Of a stretch of DNA of 64,000 bases, positions 49,747 to 59,053 are shown piece after piece. The stretch lies in the NCBI GenBank assembly GCA_029560465.1, contig JAKQKX010000016.1, positions 71,178 through 135,177 on the forward strand, read 5' to 3'. The position numbers were made by a program, and so were the translations under genes. The notes beneath the pieces are model-generated. The model saw only the letters and a program-made list of their open reading frames with translations, was not told the origin of the DNA and did not search any database. The first letter of the stretch is position 1. Every line of letters begins with the position of its first letter. The DNA comes from Candidatus Omnitrophota bacterium. GTDB lineage: Bacteria; Omnitrophota; Gorgyraeia; Zapsychrales; JANLHA01.

Positions 49747-50610
49747 ATGATGAAAATGTTTGTCGAATGTATTCCGTGCTTTTTCAAGCAGGCGCTTGAG
49801 ATGGGACGGCTATTCACCGGGAATGAACTTATTCATAAAGAAATGATGGATGAAGTAGCGGCCTTAGTCCCGAAATTCTCCTTAGGGCTCACTCCTCCGG
49901 AAATGGCACGGGAGATGCATCAGGTCTTTGAAAAAAGGTTCGGCGGGCAAGATTTTTATAAAGGGATTAAGGACAAAAGTAACCGCAGGGCCATGGAGAT
50001 TTATCCTAAATTAAAAGAAAAGGTCGCCCGGTCTAATGACCGCTTGTTAACGGCGCTTGAACTTGCGATTGCCGGCAATGTCATTGATTATGCGGCGAAG
50101 AATACGCTTAATATTGAAGAGGAGATTCAAAAATTATTGCGGGATGATTTTGCGCCTGTAGAGAAAGGCGTGTTTGAGTACGAAGATTTTAAGAAGGATT
50201 TAGAGGTGGCAGAAACAGTGCTTTATTTGGCAGATAATGCCGGAGAGATTGTTTTTGACCGGGTTCTTATTGAAGAGTTTTGCGGTCAGAGGAAAGTTAT
50301 CTTTGCGGTTCGGGACAAGCCTGCGATCAATGATGCCCTTTTGGAAGACGCGATTTTTTGCGGGATAGACAAAGTTGCTGAGGTGATTTCTAGCGGGGTT
50401 GATGCCCCAGGAACCGTTTTAAAGTATTGTTCGCAAGAATTTTTGAGGATCTTTAATCAAGCGGATTTGATTATCAGCAAAGGCCAGGGAAATTATGAGG
50501 CTTTAAGCGAGGGGCGAGGAAGAATATATTTTTTGTTTAAGGTTAAATGCCCGGTGATTGCCCGGCATTCCGGGGCAACATTAGGGGATATTGTTTTAAG
50601 ACGGATTTAA
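49747..50610 (+). CDS. DUF89/ARMT1-like damage-control phosphatase
   Basis: ECIPC, AIAGNVID, DNAGE-VFD, P-INDA, SKGQGNYE, KC-VIA. Confidence 0.92.
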   Translation: MMKMFVECIPCFFKQALEMGRLFTGNELIHKEMMDEVAALVPKFSLGLTPPEMAREMHQVFEKRFGGQDFYKGIKDKSNRRAMEIYPKLKEKVARSNDRLLTALELAIAGNVIDYAAKNTLNIEEEIQKLLRDDFAPVEKGVFEYEDFKKDLEVAETVLYLADNAGEIVFDRVLIEEFCGQRKVIFAVRDKPAINDALLEDAIFCGIDKVAEVISSGVDAPGTVLKYCSQEFLRIFNQADLIISKGQGNYEALSEGRGRIYFLFKVKCPVIARHSGATLGDIVLRRI

Positions 50611-50932
50611 TAAATGATCGCCAGCGTCTCTTTTCGTCTTAGTCATAAACGGGGGGGGCGCGCTGCCTTTGGCGCGGGCTTTGTTCTCTTCCAACGGAGA
50701 AACTATGCGTGATGTTTCGGGGGCGCCGAAACAGGCCAGGACCTCGCGTGGATCACGAATATTGGCTGTGAGGGGACATTTTAAACCATTTAAATAATGG
50801 CGGCTCGTTATCGGCTAGTGATGATTGCGAAGGTGAGGAGATAAGTGTCGGCGATTCTTATGCAAGAATATGGAGGGTAAACTTGCCCGTCTGCGTCAAA
50901 AGAAGTTTGATTTTTCGAGGGGAGGGATCTGC

Positions 50933-51718
50933 ATGTCAATAAAGCTCCTGGCTGAGGGCTCGACCAAGTGGGAAAGATTTATTAAACATTGGGGGATTTC
51001 CTTCTTAATCGGGGAGGACGTGCTTTTTGATACTTTTGGTGACGCGGGAGTGTTTTGGCGGAATTTGAAATGGATGAAAGTTGATGCCGACAAAATACGG
51101 CATATTATCATTTCGCATGATCATTGGGACCATTTGGCGGGGTTATGGCTTTTTTTAGAGAAAAAAAAGGATGTGACGGTTTATGTTTGTCCGGGATTCA
51201 GCCGTGAGACAAAAGAGAGAATCGCGGGCTTTGGCGTGCGTCTTGTCGAAGTCCCCGGCCCTTTGGAAATCAAAAAAGGAGTTTTTTCAACCGGCCAAAT
51301 ACGGGGAATTTACGCCGGAAAAGATATTTATGAGCAGGCCATTGTTGTTAAGACCTTTCGGGGAGCAGCGATTATCACCGGATGCGCCCATCCCGGGCTT
51401 AGCACCATCGTTGATGAGGTAAAGAAATATTTTGGTGAGACGGTATTCTTAATCGCGGGGGGGTTCCATTTGAAAGGGGCCACTCAAGAAGTTATTGAGA
51501 AAATTGTTTATACGTTAAAACTTGTCGGCGTGCAAAAAGTCGCGCCTCTTCATTGCAGCGGAGCTTTAGCGCAGGATATTTTTAAAAGGGCTTGGGGAGG
51601 ACAGGGTTATATTAGGTTGACAGCTGGAAAGGTTTTGAGGTTGGATTCGGAGGAGGAAAAAGGGGCTGATAATAAATGTGGCGCGAAAGGAACTCCCCAG
51701 GGGGCCGAAGTTCTTTAA
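50933..51718 (+). CDS. MBL-fold metallo-hydrolase
   Basis: LFDT, SHDHWDH, TGCAHPG, GGFHL, P-HCSG. Confidence 0.92.
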   Translation: MSIKLLAEGSTKWERFIKHWGISFLIGEDVLFDTFGDAGVFWRNLKWMKVDADKIRHIIISHDHWDHLAGLWLFLEKKKDVTVYVCPGFSRETKERIAGFGVRLVEVPGPLEIKKGVFSTGQIRGIYAGKDIYEQAIVVKTFRGAAIITGCAHPGLSTIVDEVKKYFGETVFLIAGGFHLKGATQEVIEKIVYTLKLVGVQKVAPLHCSGALAQDIFKRAWGGQGYIRLTAGKVLRLDSEEEKGADNKCGAKGTPQGAEVL

Positions 51719-51762
51719 ATGGTAGTTTTTCGACGGCGCTTTATTTTGTGCTGGTCGTGGCA

Positions 51763-51867
51763 GGTTAAGAACATGATCCAGCAGAGGCTTGCGTCTTTTT
51801 TGGTGTCGGATGCCAGGAGGAGTATGCGCAAGCACATATCGAGAAGTCCATTTTGATTCCGTTTTAG
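51763..51867 (+). pseudogene. Rhodanese-domain remnant
   Basis: QEEYAQAHIEKSILIP-stop resembles the rhodanese EEY--GHI-GA--IP motif; no intact ORF. Confidence 0.45.
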
Positions 51868-51931
51868 AGAATTAGGTCGAGCGAGAAAAAGGCTGGTGGT
51901 TGGTTGGAAAAGAGCTGACCGTGGTTGACGG

Positions 51932-51982
51932 GATATAGAAAATCCCCTGAACAGCAGGGCTATTCAGGGGATTTTCTATATC
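51932..51982. terminator. Hairpin related to the 42915 hairpin
   Basis: Perfect 20-bp arms gatatagaaaatcccctgaa / ttcaggggattttctatatc. Confidence 0.82.
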
Positions 51983-52114
51983 TGGGAAAGGGGCCCTGTT
52001 CCCGTTGCCAGCGTCCTCATTTATGAACAGCGGCCTTTTGTGCTTGCGGGCCCCGAAAGGCCGCGTGATAACGGGCTGGTAAAAATTCTTGTTGTTGGGG
52101 ATTCTTGTGCTATC

Positions 52115-52136
52115 ATTATGAACAAATGTTCATAAT
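52115..52136. promoter_or_regulatory. Palindromic operator upstream of the DUF134 gene
   Basis: ATTATGAACA-AA-TGTTCATAAT, perfect 10-2-10, overlapping an extended -10 (TGcTATCAT). Confidence 0.75.
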
Positions 52137-52150
52137 AGTCAGGAGAAGCC

Positions 52151-52456
52151 ATGCGTCCTAGAAAAACAAGATGGGTCAAGTGCGCGCCGGGGGAAAGGTG
52201 CTTCCGGCCTCAATGCCGGCCTTTGCACGAACTTGAGGGAGTCTGCCTTTCGCTGGACGAGTTCGAGGCTGTGAGACTGGCGTGGTCCGAGGGGCTGCTT
52301 CAAGAAGAGGCTGCGAAAAAGATGAGAATATCTCGTCCGACATTTTCGAGGATGATCACTTCGGCCCAAAAAAAGATCGCGGACGCGTTGGTGAACATTA
52401 AGGCGATAAGGATTGAAGGCGGTTGTTGCAAGATTGTTAGAGGAGGCCAGAAATGA
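52151..52456 (+). CDS. DUF134 (UPF0251) HTH protein
   Basis: MRPRK-R, L-LDEFEAVRL, QEEAA--M-ISRPTF-R, KIADALV--KAIRIEGG. Confidence 0.93.
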   Translation: MRPRKTRWVKCAPGERCFRPQCRPLHELEGVCLSLDEFEAVRLAWSEGLLQEEAAKKMRISRPTFSRMITSAQKKIADALVNIKAIRIEGGCCKIVRGGQK

Positions 52457-53166
52457 AGGAAGGGAAGAAATTTTTTTGTATTATAACGGCGTTCTGGGTG
52501 TGCTTTTATCTGGCGGTTGAAAGTCTGCGATTTACGAATGCGCTGTGGGAGGCATCAGCGCTTGTCAAATGGTACGCCCGGGAGCACGTGCTCCTTTGTT
52601 TTGTCCCAGCGTTCTTTATTGCTGGGGCCATCTCTGTTTTTGTCAGCCAAGCATCCGTCATGAAGTATTTCGGGGCCAAGGTGAATAAAATCTTTTCCTA
52701 TAGTGTCGCAGCGGTTTCCGGCACGATCCTCGCTGTTTGTTCCTGCACGGGTCTGCCTTTATTTTCTGGAATTTATAAAAGGGGAGCCGGTCTTGGGCCC
52801 GCGGTCGCCTTCCTTTATTCCGGCTCTGCTTCTGGGCAGGGCCGGGCATGAAGGCGTTATTCCTTCTCAATGGGTGGAAGCGCTGGTCGGAGGCAATTTC
52901 TTACGGGCGAACTTTTTTTATTGATCGTTGCGGCGTTTATGTATTTTGCGATGTTAACTGAGGTTCCAATTTTGCAAGGATTGATCGGTTCTGGAATGGG
53001 CAAGGGCCCCGCGTTGGCGCTTCTTTTGGCTGGGCCTGCGTTAAGTTTGCCGAGTATGCTTGTTATCCGTAGCGTCATAGGGACCAAGAAAACCGCGGTT
53101 TATGTGTGCTTGGTCGTCGTTATGGCGACGATAAACGGCATAATTTTTGGTTTTATTGTTAAATAA
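52453..53166 (+). pseudogene. arsP: ArsP/DUF318 permease with internal deletion and frameshifts
   Basis: LAVCSC-GLP...GPAVAFLYSG in frame 1; LLGRAGHEGVIPS-WV in frame 2; MYFA-LTEVP...GPALSLP in frame 3. Confidence 0.85.
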
Positions 53167-53177
53167 GCGAGGGGATT

Positions 53178-53951
53178 ATGGATAAAGATATTAAGAAGAT
53201 AGTTAAAGAAGGCTACGCCAAAGTAGCCAGGCAGGGGACGTCCTGCTGTTCTTCCAGTTCATGCTGTTCATCATCAAGCAGTGCCCGGGACATCAGCAAG
53301 ACTGTCGGCTATACCGAAGATGAGATGAACGCCGTTCCTGATGGTGTGAATTTAGGGCTTGGGTGCGGCAATCCAGTAGCCATCGCGTCATTAAAAGAGG
53401 GCGATGTGGTGCTTGATTTAGGAAGTGGCGCAGGGTTTGACGCTTTCCTTGCAGCCAAGAAAGTTGGCAAAACCGGGCGTGTTATCGGCGTGGACATGAC
53501 TTCGGAAATGCTGGAGAGGGCCCGGGCGAACGCTAAAAAAGGCGGTTTCGATAACGTGGAATTCCGCTCAGGTGAAATAGAGAAACTTCCGGTTGAGGAC
53601 AGCGAGATTGATGTGATCATCTCCAATTGTGTTATAAATTTATCACCGGACAAAGAGACGGTATTCAAAGAAGCGTTCAGGGTACTTAAGCCAGGAGGCC
53701 GGTTGATGGTATCGGATCTGGTGCTGGCTAAAGACTTGCCGAAACAAATAAAAGAATCAGTTGAGGCGTATGTGGGGTGTTTGGCCGGAGCGATTAGGAA
53801 AGAGGCGTATTTGCGACTCATTTCAATGGTTGGATTTCAGGATGTTAAGATCATCAGTGAATCAAGCTATCCGGTTGACGCCATGGTTAACAATTTTGAG
53901 GGTGCTCAGGACGCGGTCGTGAGCATAAAGGTTTCAGCGGTGAAAAAATAA
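53178..53951 (+). CDS. arsM: Arsenite S-methyltransferase
   Basis: N-terminal CC pairs, LGLGCGNP, VLDLGSGAGFD, SNCVINL, GCLAGA. Confidence 0.94.
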   Translation: MDKDIKKIVKEGYAKVARQGTSCCSSSSCCSSSSSARDISKTVGYTEDEMNAVPDGVNLGLGCGNPVAIASLKEGDVVLDLGSGAGFDAFLAAKKVGKTGRVIGVDMTSEMLERARANAKKGGFDNVEFRSGEIEKLPVEDSEIDVIISNCVINLSPDKETVFKEAFRVLKPGGRLMVSDLVLAKDLPKQIKESVEAYVGCLAGAIRKEAYLRLISMVGFQDVKIISESSYPVDAMVNNFEGAQDAVVSIKVSAVKK

Positions 53952-53965
53952 ACTGGAGGCAAAAA

Positions 53966-54199
53966 ATGAAAATCGAGATTTTAGGAACAGGCTGTCCTAA
54001 ATGCAAACAGCTGGCCGCTAATGCAGAGGCGGCGGTGAAAAGTTTGAATATCCAAGCCGAGATTGGCAAGATTACGGATATTGACAAGATTACTGAATAC
54101 GGTGTCATGATGACGCCGGCTTTGGCGGTTGATGGCACGGTGGTTTCGGCCGGGAAAGTTTTGTCGCCTGATGAGGTTAAAAAGATCCTTTCAAAATAG
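53966..54199 (+). CDS. Small thioredoxin-like protein (MTH895/ArsE family)
   Basis: MKIEILGTGCPKC, YGVMMTPAL-VDG. Confidence 0.92.
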   Translation: MKIEILGTGCPKCKQLAANAEAAVKSLNIQAEIGKITDIDKITEYGVMMTPALAVDGTVVSAGKVLSPDEVKKILSK

Positions 54200-54208
54200 G
54201 AGGCATTG

Positions 54209-54628
54209 ATGAGTGATAAATCCTGTATGTGTCAAGAAGCAGGGGTTTTAATCTTCCCGTGTTCGGGGGGATCGGATGTGGGAGAGTTGTCCGACCGTGT
54301 GGCGCGCAGGATGGCCCGGTGCGGACAGGCCAAGATGTTTTGCCTAGCCGGCGTGGGGGCGCATGTGCCGGGGATGATTGAGTCCACGAAAGCGGCTAAG
54401 AAGTTAATAGCAATTGATGGTTGTCAGGTGTTATGTTCCAAGAAAATCCTGGAACACGCGGGATTTTCTCCTGTCTCGTTTAACCTTAAAGATATGGGTT
54501 TCGAAAAAGGGAAAACGCAGATTAACGATGAAAGTATCGAAAAAACGGCATTTCAAATTTCAGGAGGGAAAGTTGAAGAAATTATTTCTGGTGGTTTTAA
54601 TAATCCTGGCGGGTGTTGCGGTAATTAG
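54209..54628 (+). CDS. DGC-domain putative zinc-binding protein
   Basis: CSGGSDVG, MFCLAG, IAIDGC---C. Confidence 0.9.
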   Translation: MSDKSCMCQEAGVLIFPCSGGSDVGELSDRVARRMARCGQAKMFCLAGVGAHVPGMIESTKAAKKLIAIDGCQVLCSKKILEHAGFSPVSFNLKDMGFEKGKTQINDESIEKTAFQISGGKVEEIISGGFNNPGGCCGN

Positions 54629-55004
54629 CGCAAGCTCCTTATGCTTTGCGCAAAATAAAGAGGGGGGCACTGTTATTGTTTATTATTTTCATGGTGCGTT
54701 TCGTTGTTATACCTGCAATATGATGGAGAAATATGCTCAAGAAGCCATCGAAACTTATTTCCGGGACGACATCCTTGCTGGAAAGATAGCTTTTGTCCCG
54801 ATCAATGTGGAAGAGAAAAATAATGAACATTTTGTCCAGGATTACCAGCTCTACACAAAAGCTTTGATTTTATCTCTAGTCGAAGATGGGAAAGAAATAA
54901 AATCGAGGAATCTTCAGAAGATATGGCAGTACGCTCGCGACAAACAACAGTTCAGTGAATATGTCGTCCTGGAAATAGAGTCCTTCAGGGAGGGGGCGCG
55001 ATGA
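54573..55004 (+). CDS. ArsF-like exported thioredoxin-fold protein
   Basis: GGAGG RBS, TTG start 54573, signal peptide, YYFHG--RCYTC. Confidence 0.8.
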   Translation: MKKLFLVVLIILAGVAVISASSLCFAQNKEGGTVIVYYFHGAFRCYTCNMMEKYAQEAIETYFRDDILAGKIAFVPINVEEKNNEHFVQDYQLYTKALILSLVEDGKEIKSRNLQKIWQYARDKQQFSEYVVLEIESFREGAR

Positions 55005-55691
55005 CAGAGGTTTTGCTCGCTTGGGGCTCGGCCCTTTGGCTGGGGATATTGACTTTCAATCAGCCCGTGCCCGCTGGCGACGAATATCGCTGCGGTGACA
55101 TTTATTTCAAAAAAGATAACGCACCCATTGATGGTTTTTATTTCGGGCTTTGCGTATACTTTGGGGCGCACAGCGGCTTACGCGGTGCTGGGCTGGCTGA
55201 TTATTCATTCTCTGCTTAGTATCCCGCAGGTTGCGCAGTTTCTTCAGACGCATATGGGAAAAATACTGGGGCCGCTTTTGATCATTTCGGGATTATTTCT
55301 GCTCGAGGCTATCTCTTTGCGCTTGCCAGGGTTATCCTTGCCCCAGGAACATCACAATAACCTGGTTGAGTCGGGTGCTCCGGGGGCCTTTATTTTAGGG
55401 CTTGTCTTCGCTTTGGCGTTTTGTCCGCTTTCTGCGGCGTTATTTCTTGGAAGCCTTATCCCTTTGGCGCTGAGCAGTAAAGCAGGGGCATTATTGCCCG
55501 TTATTTATGGAGCCGGGACAGGGATTCCGGTTCTGCTCTTTGCGGTGGCCATCGCGCTGGGTGTGTCCTCGTTAAGCCATTGGTTCCACCGGGTCACGAA
55601 ACTAGAATACTATACCCGCAGAATGACCGGGGTGATTTTTACTTTGGTTGGTTTGTATTACACGTGGTTCTATATTATGAAATTATTTTGA
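55001..55691 (+). pseudogene. ArsG-like (DsbD/CcdA-type) permease with a single +1 frameshift
   Basis: Removing one T at about 55054 restores LGILTSISPCPLATNIAA; FALAFCP downstream. Confidence 0.85.
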
Positions 55692-55799
55692 AGAGGGGCG
55701 TCCTTGGGGCTGTCAATAAATGAGAAAAAAGCGGATTCCCGTTTTTTGCCCCGGAAACCCTTGCCGTAGCCAAAGGGCTGAAAATAACACAGAGGGTTA

Positions 55800-56480
55800 A
55801 TGATGGCTTGCCAATACAAAAATATCGTGCCGTGGGGAAGAAATTTTGATGAATATCAAAGGATGTTTGATTTGAGCGCGGATGAGTTAACATTGAAAAT
55901 ATTGGGGTGCGGCGATGGGCCGGCCAGTTTTAATTGGGAATGTCATCAAAAAGGCGGCCACGTGACTTCGGTTGACCCTTTATATAACTTGACGAGGCAG
56001 GAAATCCAGACGCGGATTCATGCAACATATAAGGATGTTATGGCTCAAACAGCGGGGGATAAAGAAAAATTTAAATGGGACAGCGTCAAATCTGTGGAGG
56101 AACTCGGGGAAGTCCGGATGAAGGCGATGAGCGCGTTTTTAGATTCTTATGATGAAGGTAAAATGAGCGGGAGGTACATCCCGGCGGCATTGCCGGACCT
56201 CCCGTTTTCAAACGACGCGTTCGACATCTCTTTATGCTCGCATTTTTTGTTTTTATACACGGATCAGCTTACTTATGAGTTTCATGTTAAGGCCATAAAG
56301 GAAATGTTGCGGGTGTCACAGGAGGCCCGGATTTTCCCCCTTTTAGATTATAATGCGAAGAAATCACCCTATGTCCGGGAGATCATATCGGAATTCAAAG
56401 CGCAGAGGATAGAAATCAAGAAGGTGCCTTATGAATTTCAAGTTGGCGGCAACGAGTTGTTGATTATAAGGAAAACATGA
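55800..56480 (+). CDS. SAM-dependent methyltransferase
   Basis: GR-FDEY--MF-L, ILGCGDGPASF, LP-LPF---FD--L-SHFLFLY, E-RIFP. Confidence 0.85.
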   Translation: MMACQYKNIVPWGRNFDEYQRMFDLSADELTLKILGCGDGPASFNWECHQKGGHVTSVDPLYNLTRQEIQTRIHATYKDVMAQTAGDKEKFKWDSVKSVEELGEVRMKAMSAFLDSYDEGKMSGRYIPAALPDLPFSNDAFDISLCSHFLFLYTDQLTYEFHVKAIKEMLRVSQEARIFPLLDYNAKKSPYVREIISEFKAQRIEIKKVPYEFQVGGNELLIIRKT

Positions 56481-56584
56481 GGTGCGCCTCCGGGGCCGGG
56501 AGGGGCTCGCGCCGGGGGCGTGGCTCAGCCCTGCTGGAGGGGCGTTGGAAGTTGCGGAGGGGTTCTTGAGGCAGGAGACTAAAT

Positions 56585-56863
56585 ATGGAATATAAAGAGC
56601 TGTTGAGGACGTTCAACCAGGGTGATATTGCGCTGATAAAATCGTTGCTTTTGGCGGAAGGGATAGACTACTATTTACAGGGCGAAGATTTTAATTTAGT
56701 GCGTCCTCTGGCCCTCCCGCCGGTATTTATGGTCCGGGAAGATCAATATCAGGAAGCGCAAGATATTATTAAGGGGCTTAATATTTCTTTCGGTTCTAAG
56801 TCGGCCCGGGAATTCCTTCCAGAGGATGGGGGGGAAGATGACGTTCAAGAAACGGGTGATTAA
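56585..56863 (+). CDS. DUF2007 family protein
   Basis: DIALIKSLL--EGI-YY--GE, V-EDQ---A--I; AGGAG RBS. Confidence 0.8.
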   Translation: MEYKELLRTFNQGDIALIKSLLLAEGIDYYLQGEDFNLVRPLALPPVFMVREDQYQEAQDIIKGLNISFGSKSAREFLPEDGGEDDVQETGD

Positions 56864-57104
56864 CGAGCCCTTTATGAGAATGAGCGAAAACGACAATGTG
56901 TCAAATTTTTTTGGAAATTTAATGAAAGAATATATAATACAAAGGTGTCCCGTAATATCCGATGCGTGCCGGTGAGTACGATGCCGGGCTTATAGCCGGG
57001 AGGCTGGGATGAAGAAGAACCCAACCGGTCAACGGACCGGGTGTTTACCCAGATTATAGATATTTAATAAGGCGGCTTGGGCCCGCCTACGGCTTGGGAG
57101 GTTA

Positions 57105-57850
57105 TGTGCATGAGTTTGGGCGCCAGCATTTCCTTGTACCCGGGTTCCATCGCCCGCGTGTTGTGGACAACAGCTTCTCTGCTTGTCTTTGCTAGCATCG
57201 CAGGAGATTTGACGACGTATTTCACCGGGCATGACCATGTTTACGGCCTGATCCCCCTCTTTTGCCTCAACGCCGAGCAGAATATCCCGACTTTTTTCTC
57301 TGCGCTGCTGTTGCTTTTCGCATCGCTCCTCCTGGCGGTGATCACTATGCTCGAAAAGAAGCGGCGGTCCGTCCCTGTTTTATACTGGGTGACCCTTTCC
57401 TCCGGATTTTTTTTGATGGCCGCTGATGAGCTCTTGTGCTTGCATGAAAAGACACAAGGCCTGATGCGCACGCTGTTGGGCGATGGCGCTCTCGGCGTTT
57501 TTTATTTCGCGTGGGTCATCCCGGGGCTTGTCCTTGTTCTCGGGGTGTCGATATTTTTTCTAAAGTTTTTGCTGGGCCTTCCTTTAAAGACGAGGATTTC
57601 TTTTCTCGCGGCGGCGGTTCTCTATGTTGGCGGATGCATCGGGTTTGAGCTTGTCGGTGGCCATTATGCTGAATCTCACGGACAAAATAATTTGATATTC
57701 GGCGTCATGACAACTGTTGAGGAAAGCCTTGAGATGGCCGGCATTATCGTTTTCATCCGGGGGCTCTTGGCCCATATTGCCGACAACTATAAAGAAGTCC
57801 GGTTTTTATTTCATGAAGCCCAAGAAATGGCTTGCCCGGCGGCTTCTTAA
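57105..57850 (+). CDS. Hypothetical multi-TM membrane protein
   Basis: EQNIPT-FS, DE---LHE, WVIPG, G-E, EE-LEM-G conserved-looking motifs. Confidence 0.8.
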
Positions 57851-57927
57851 GGGTTAACAACGCGCGTGTTCTGGCGGAATCCCGTTCTTTGACTTGCCGC
57901 CGGTGATGATATGCCACACCTAAAACG

Positions 57928-58377
57928 ATGAGGCTCTGGTCATTACATCCTAAATATCTCGACCGGCAGGGTTTGGTGGCGCTTTGGCGCGAAGCGCTTT
58001 TGGCCCAGGCCGTGCTTCGTGATGAAACCCGGGGGTATCGCCGCCACCCGCAATTGGACCGGTTCCGCGCTTGTTCAACCCCTCTCGCCGCCATGACGGA
58101 GTATCTGAAGGTTGTCCACGCTGAGGCCCAGGCGCGCGGGTATACCTTTGACAAAGGAAAAATCCGGCCCGCGGGGAAGGCTGTGGCCCTTTCTGTGACG
58201 GCCGGGCAAATCGGGTATGAATGGACGCATCTGATGAAGAAGCTCCGCGCCCGCAGCCCCGAGACGCACAGGAAATGGAGCGCCATAGATGCGCCGATCC
58301 CTCACCCGCTCTTTCGGCTACGCGCCGGAGCTGTGGAGCCTTGGGAACGGGCTGGCAAGACCCGGGAGAGAGACTGA
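57928..58377 (+). CDS. Pyrimidine-dimer DNA glycosylase / T4 endonuclease V-like
   Basis: MRLWSLHPKYLD--GLVALWRE-LLAQ, GY--HPQL-RF, EA--RGY-F. Confidence 0.9.
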   Translation: MRLWSLHPKYLDRQGLVALWREALLAQAVLRDETRGYRRHPQLDRFRACSTPLAAMTEYLKVVHAEAQARGYTFDKGKIRPAGKAVALSVTAGQIGYEWTHLMKKLRARSPETHRKWSAIDAPIPHPLFRLRAGAVEPWERAGKTRERD

Positions 58378-59053
58378 ATGCGAGCCTGCAATCAAAATTT
58401 CGAGTTTCCAAACGTTGGCCCGCACGCTGTGGAATGATTTTTATTCCTGCTGTTTTGTCCGGCGGCGGGCTTTGTCTGTTTTTTCATCCCGCAGCCCCGG
58501 AAGAAGGCGGTTATTCTGCGGATCAGCCTGCGTTGGCTTTAGAGAGAGTTTCTTGCCGAGGATTTTGAACAGAAGCCCTTATTTCAAATTTTAGAAATTA
58601 TCAGCAAAAAATATAAAGTCACATCAAATCCCCCCGTAAATAAAGAGCTTGAATATATAAATAGGCGCAGCTGGCAGGATTCCGCAAGTCCCGGGCGCGA
58701 GGGGTTCCGTGTAAGCCCCCAGATACTTTTTTCAGATAAGAAAATGAGGAAATATATGTGTTTAGAATGTGAAAGGCGGATTGCAGGACAGGGGCATTTT
58801 ATTCATGAATTTTCAGCGTCCTTTCCCCGGGATACCCGTTAGTTTGATAGAGGGAAACACCTTTTCATTCTTGTATAAGAGGTTAAAAAGTAAAGAATTT
58901 TATGGAGCTGGCTTGGAATCGATGTGGCCGGGCGAAGGGGCATCTTCATAAAAAGTGCGGAAATTTTCTTAAGACGCGGTATAATAACAACGCCAAAACA
59001 GGGGCAGGAAAAACTCCAGCCCTGGAACAAGAGTGTTTTATTAGGATAAGATT

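Noticed and set aside
50611-50932. Gene between DUF89 and MBL
   Set aside because: No ORF with recognisable motifs; possibly decayed, but I cannot assign it.
55040-55070. Programmed frameshift or phase variation in arsG
   Set aside because: Only a T3 run with no slippery heptamer; mutation or sequencing error is more likely.
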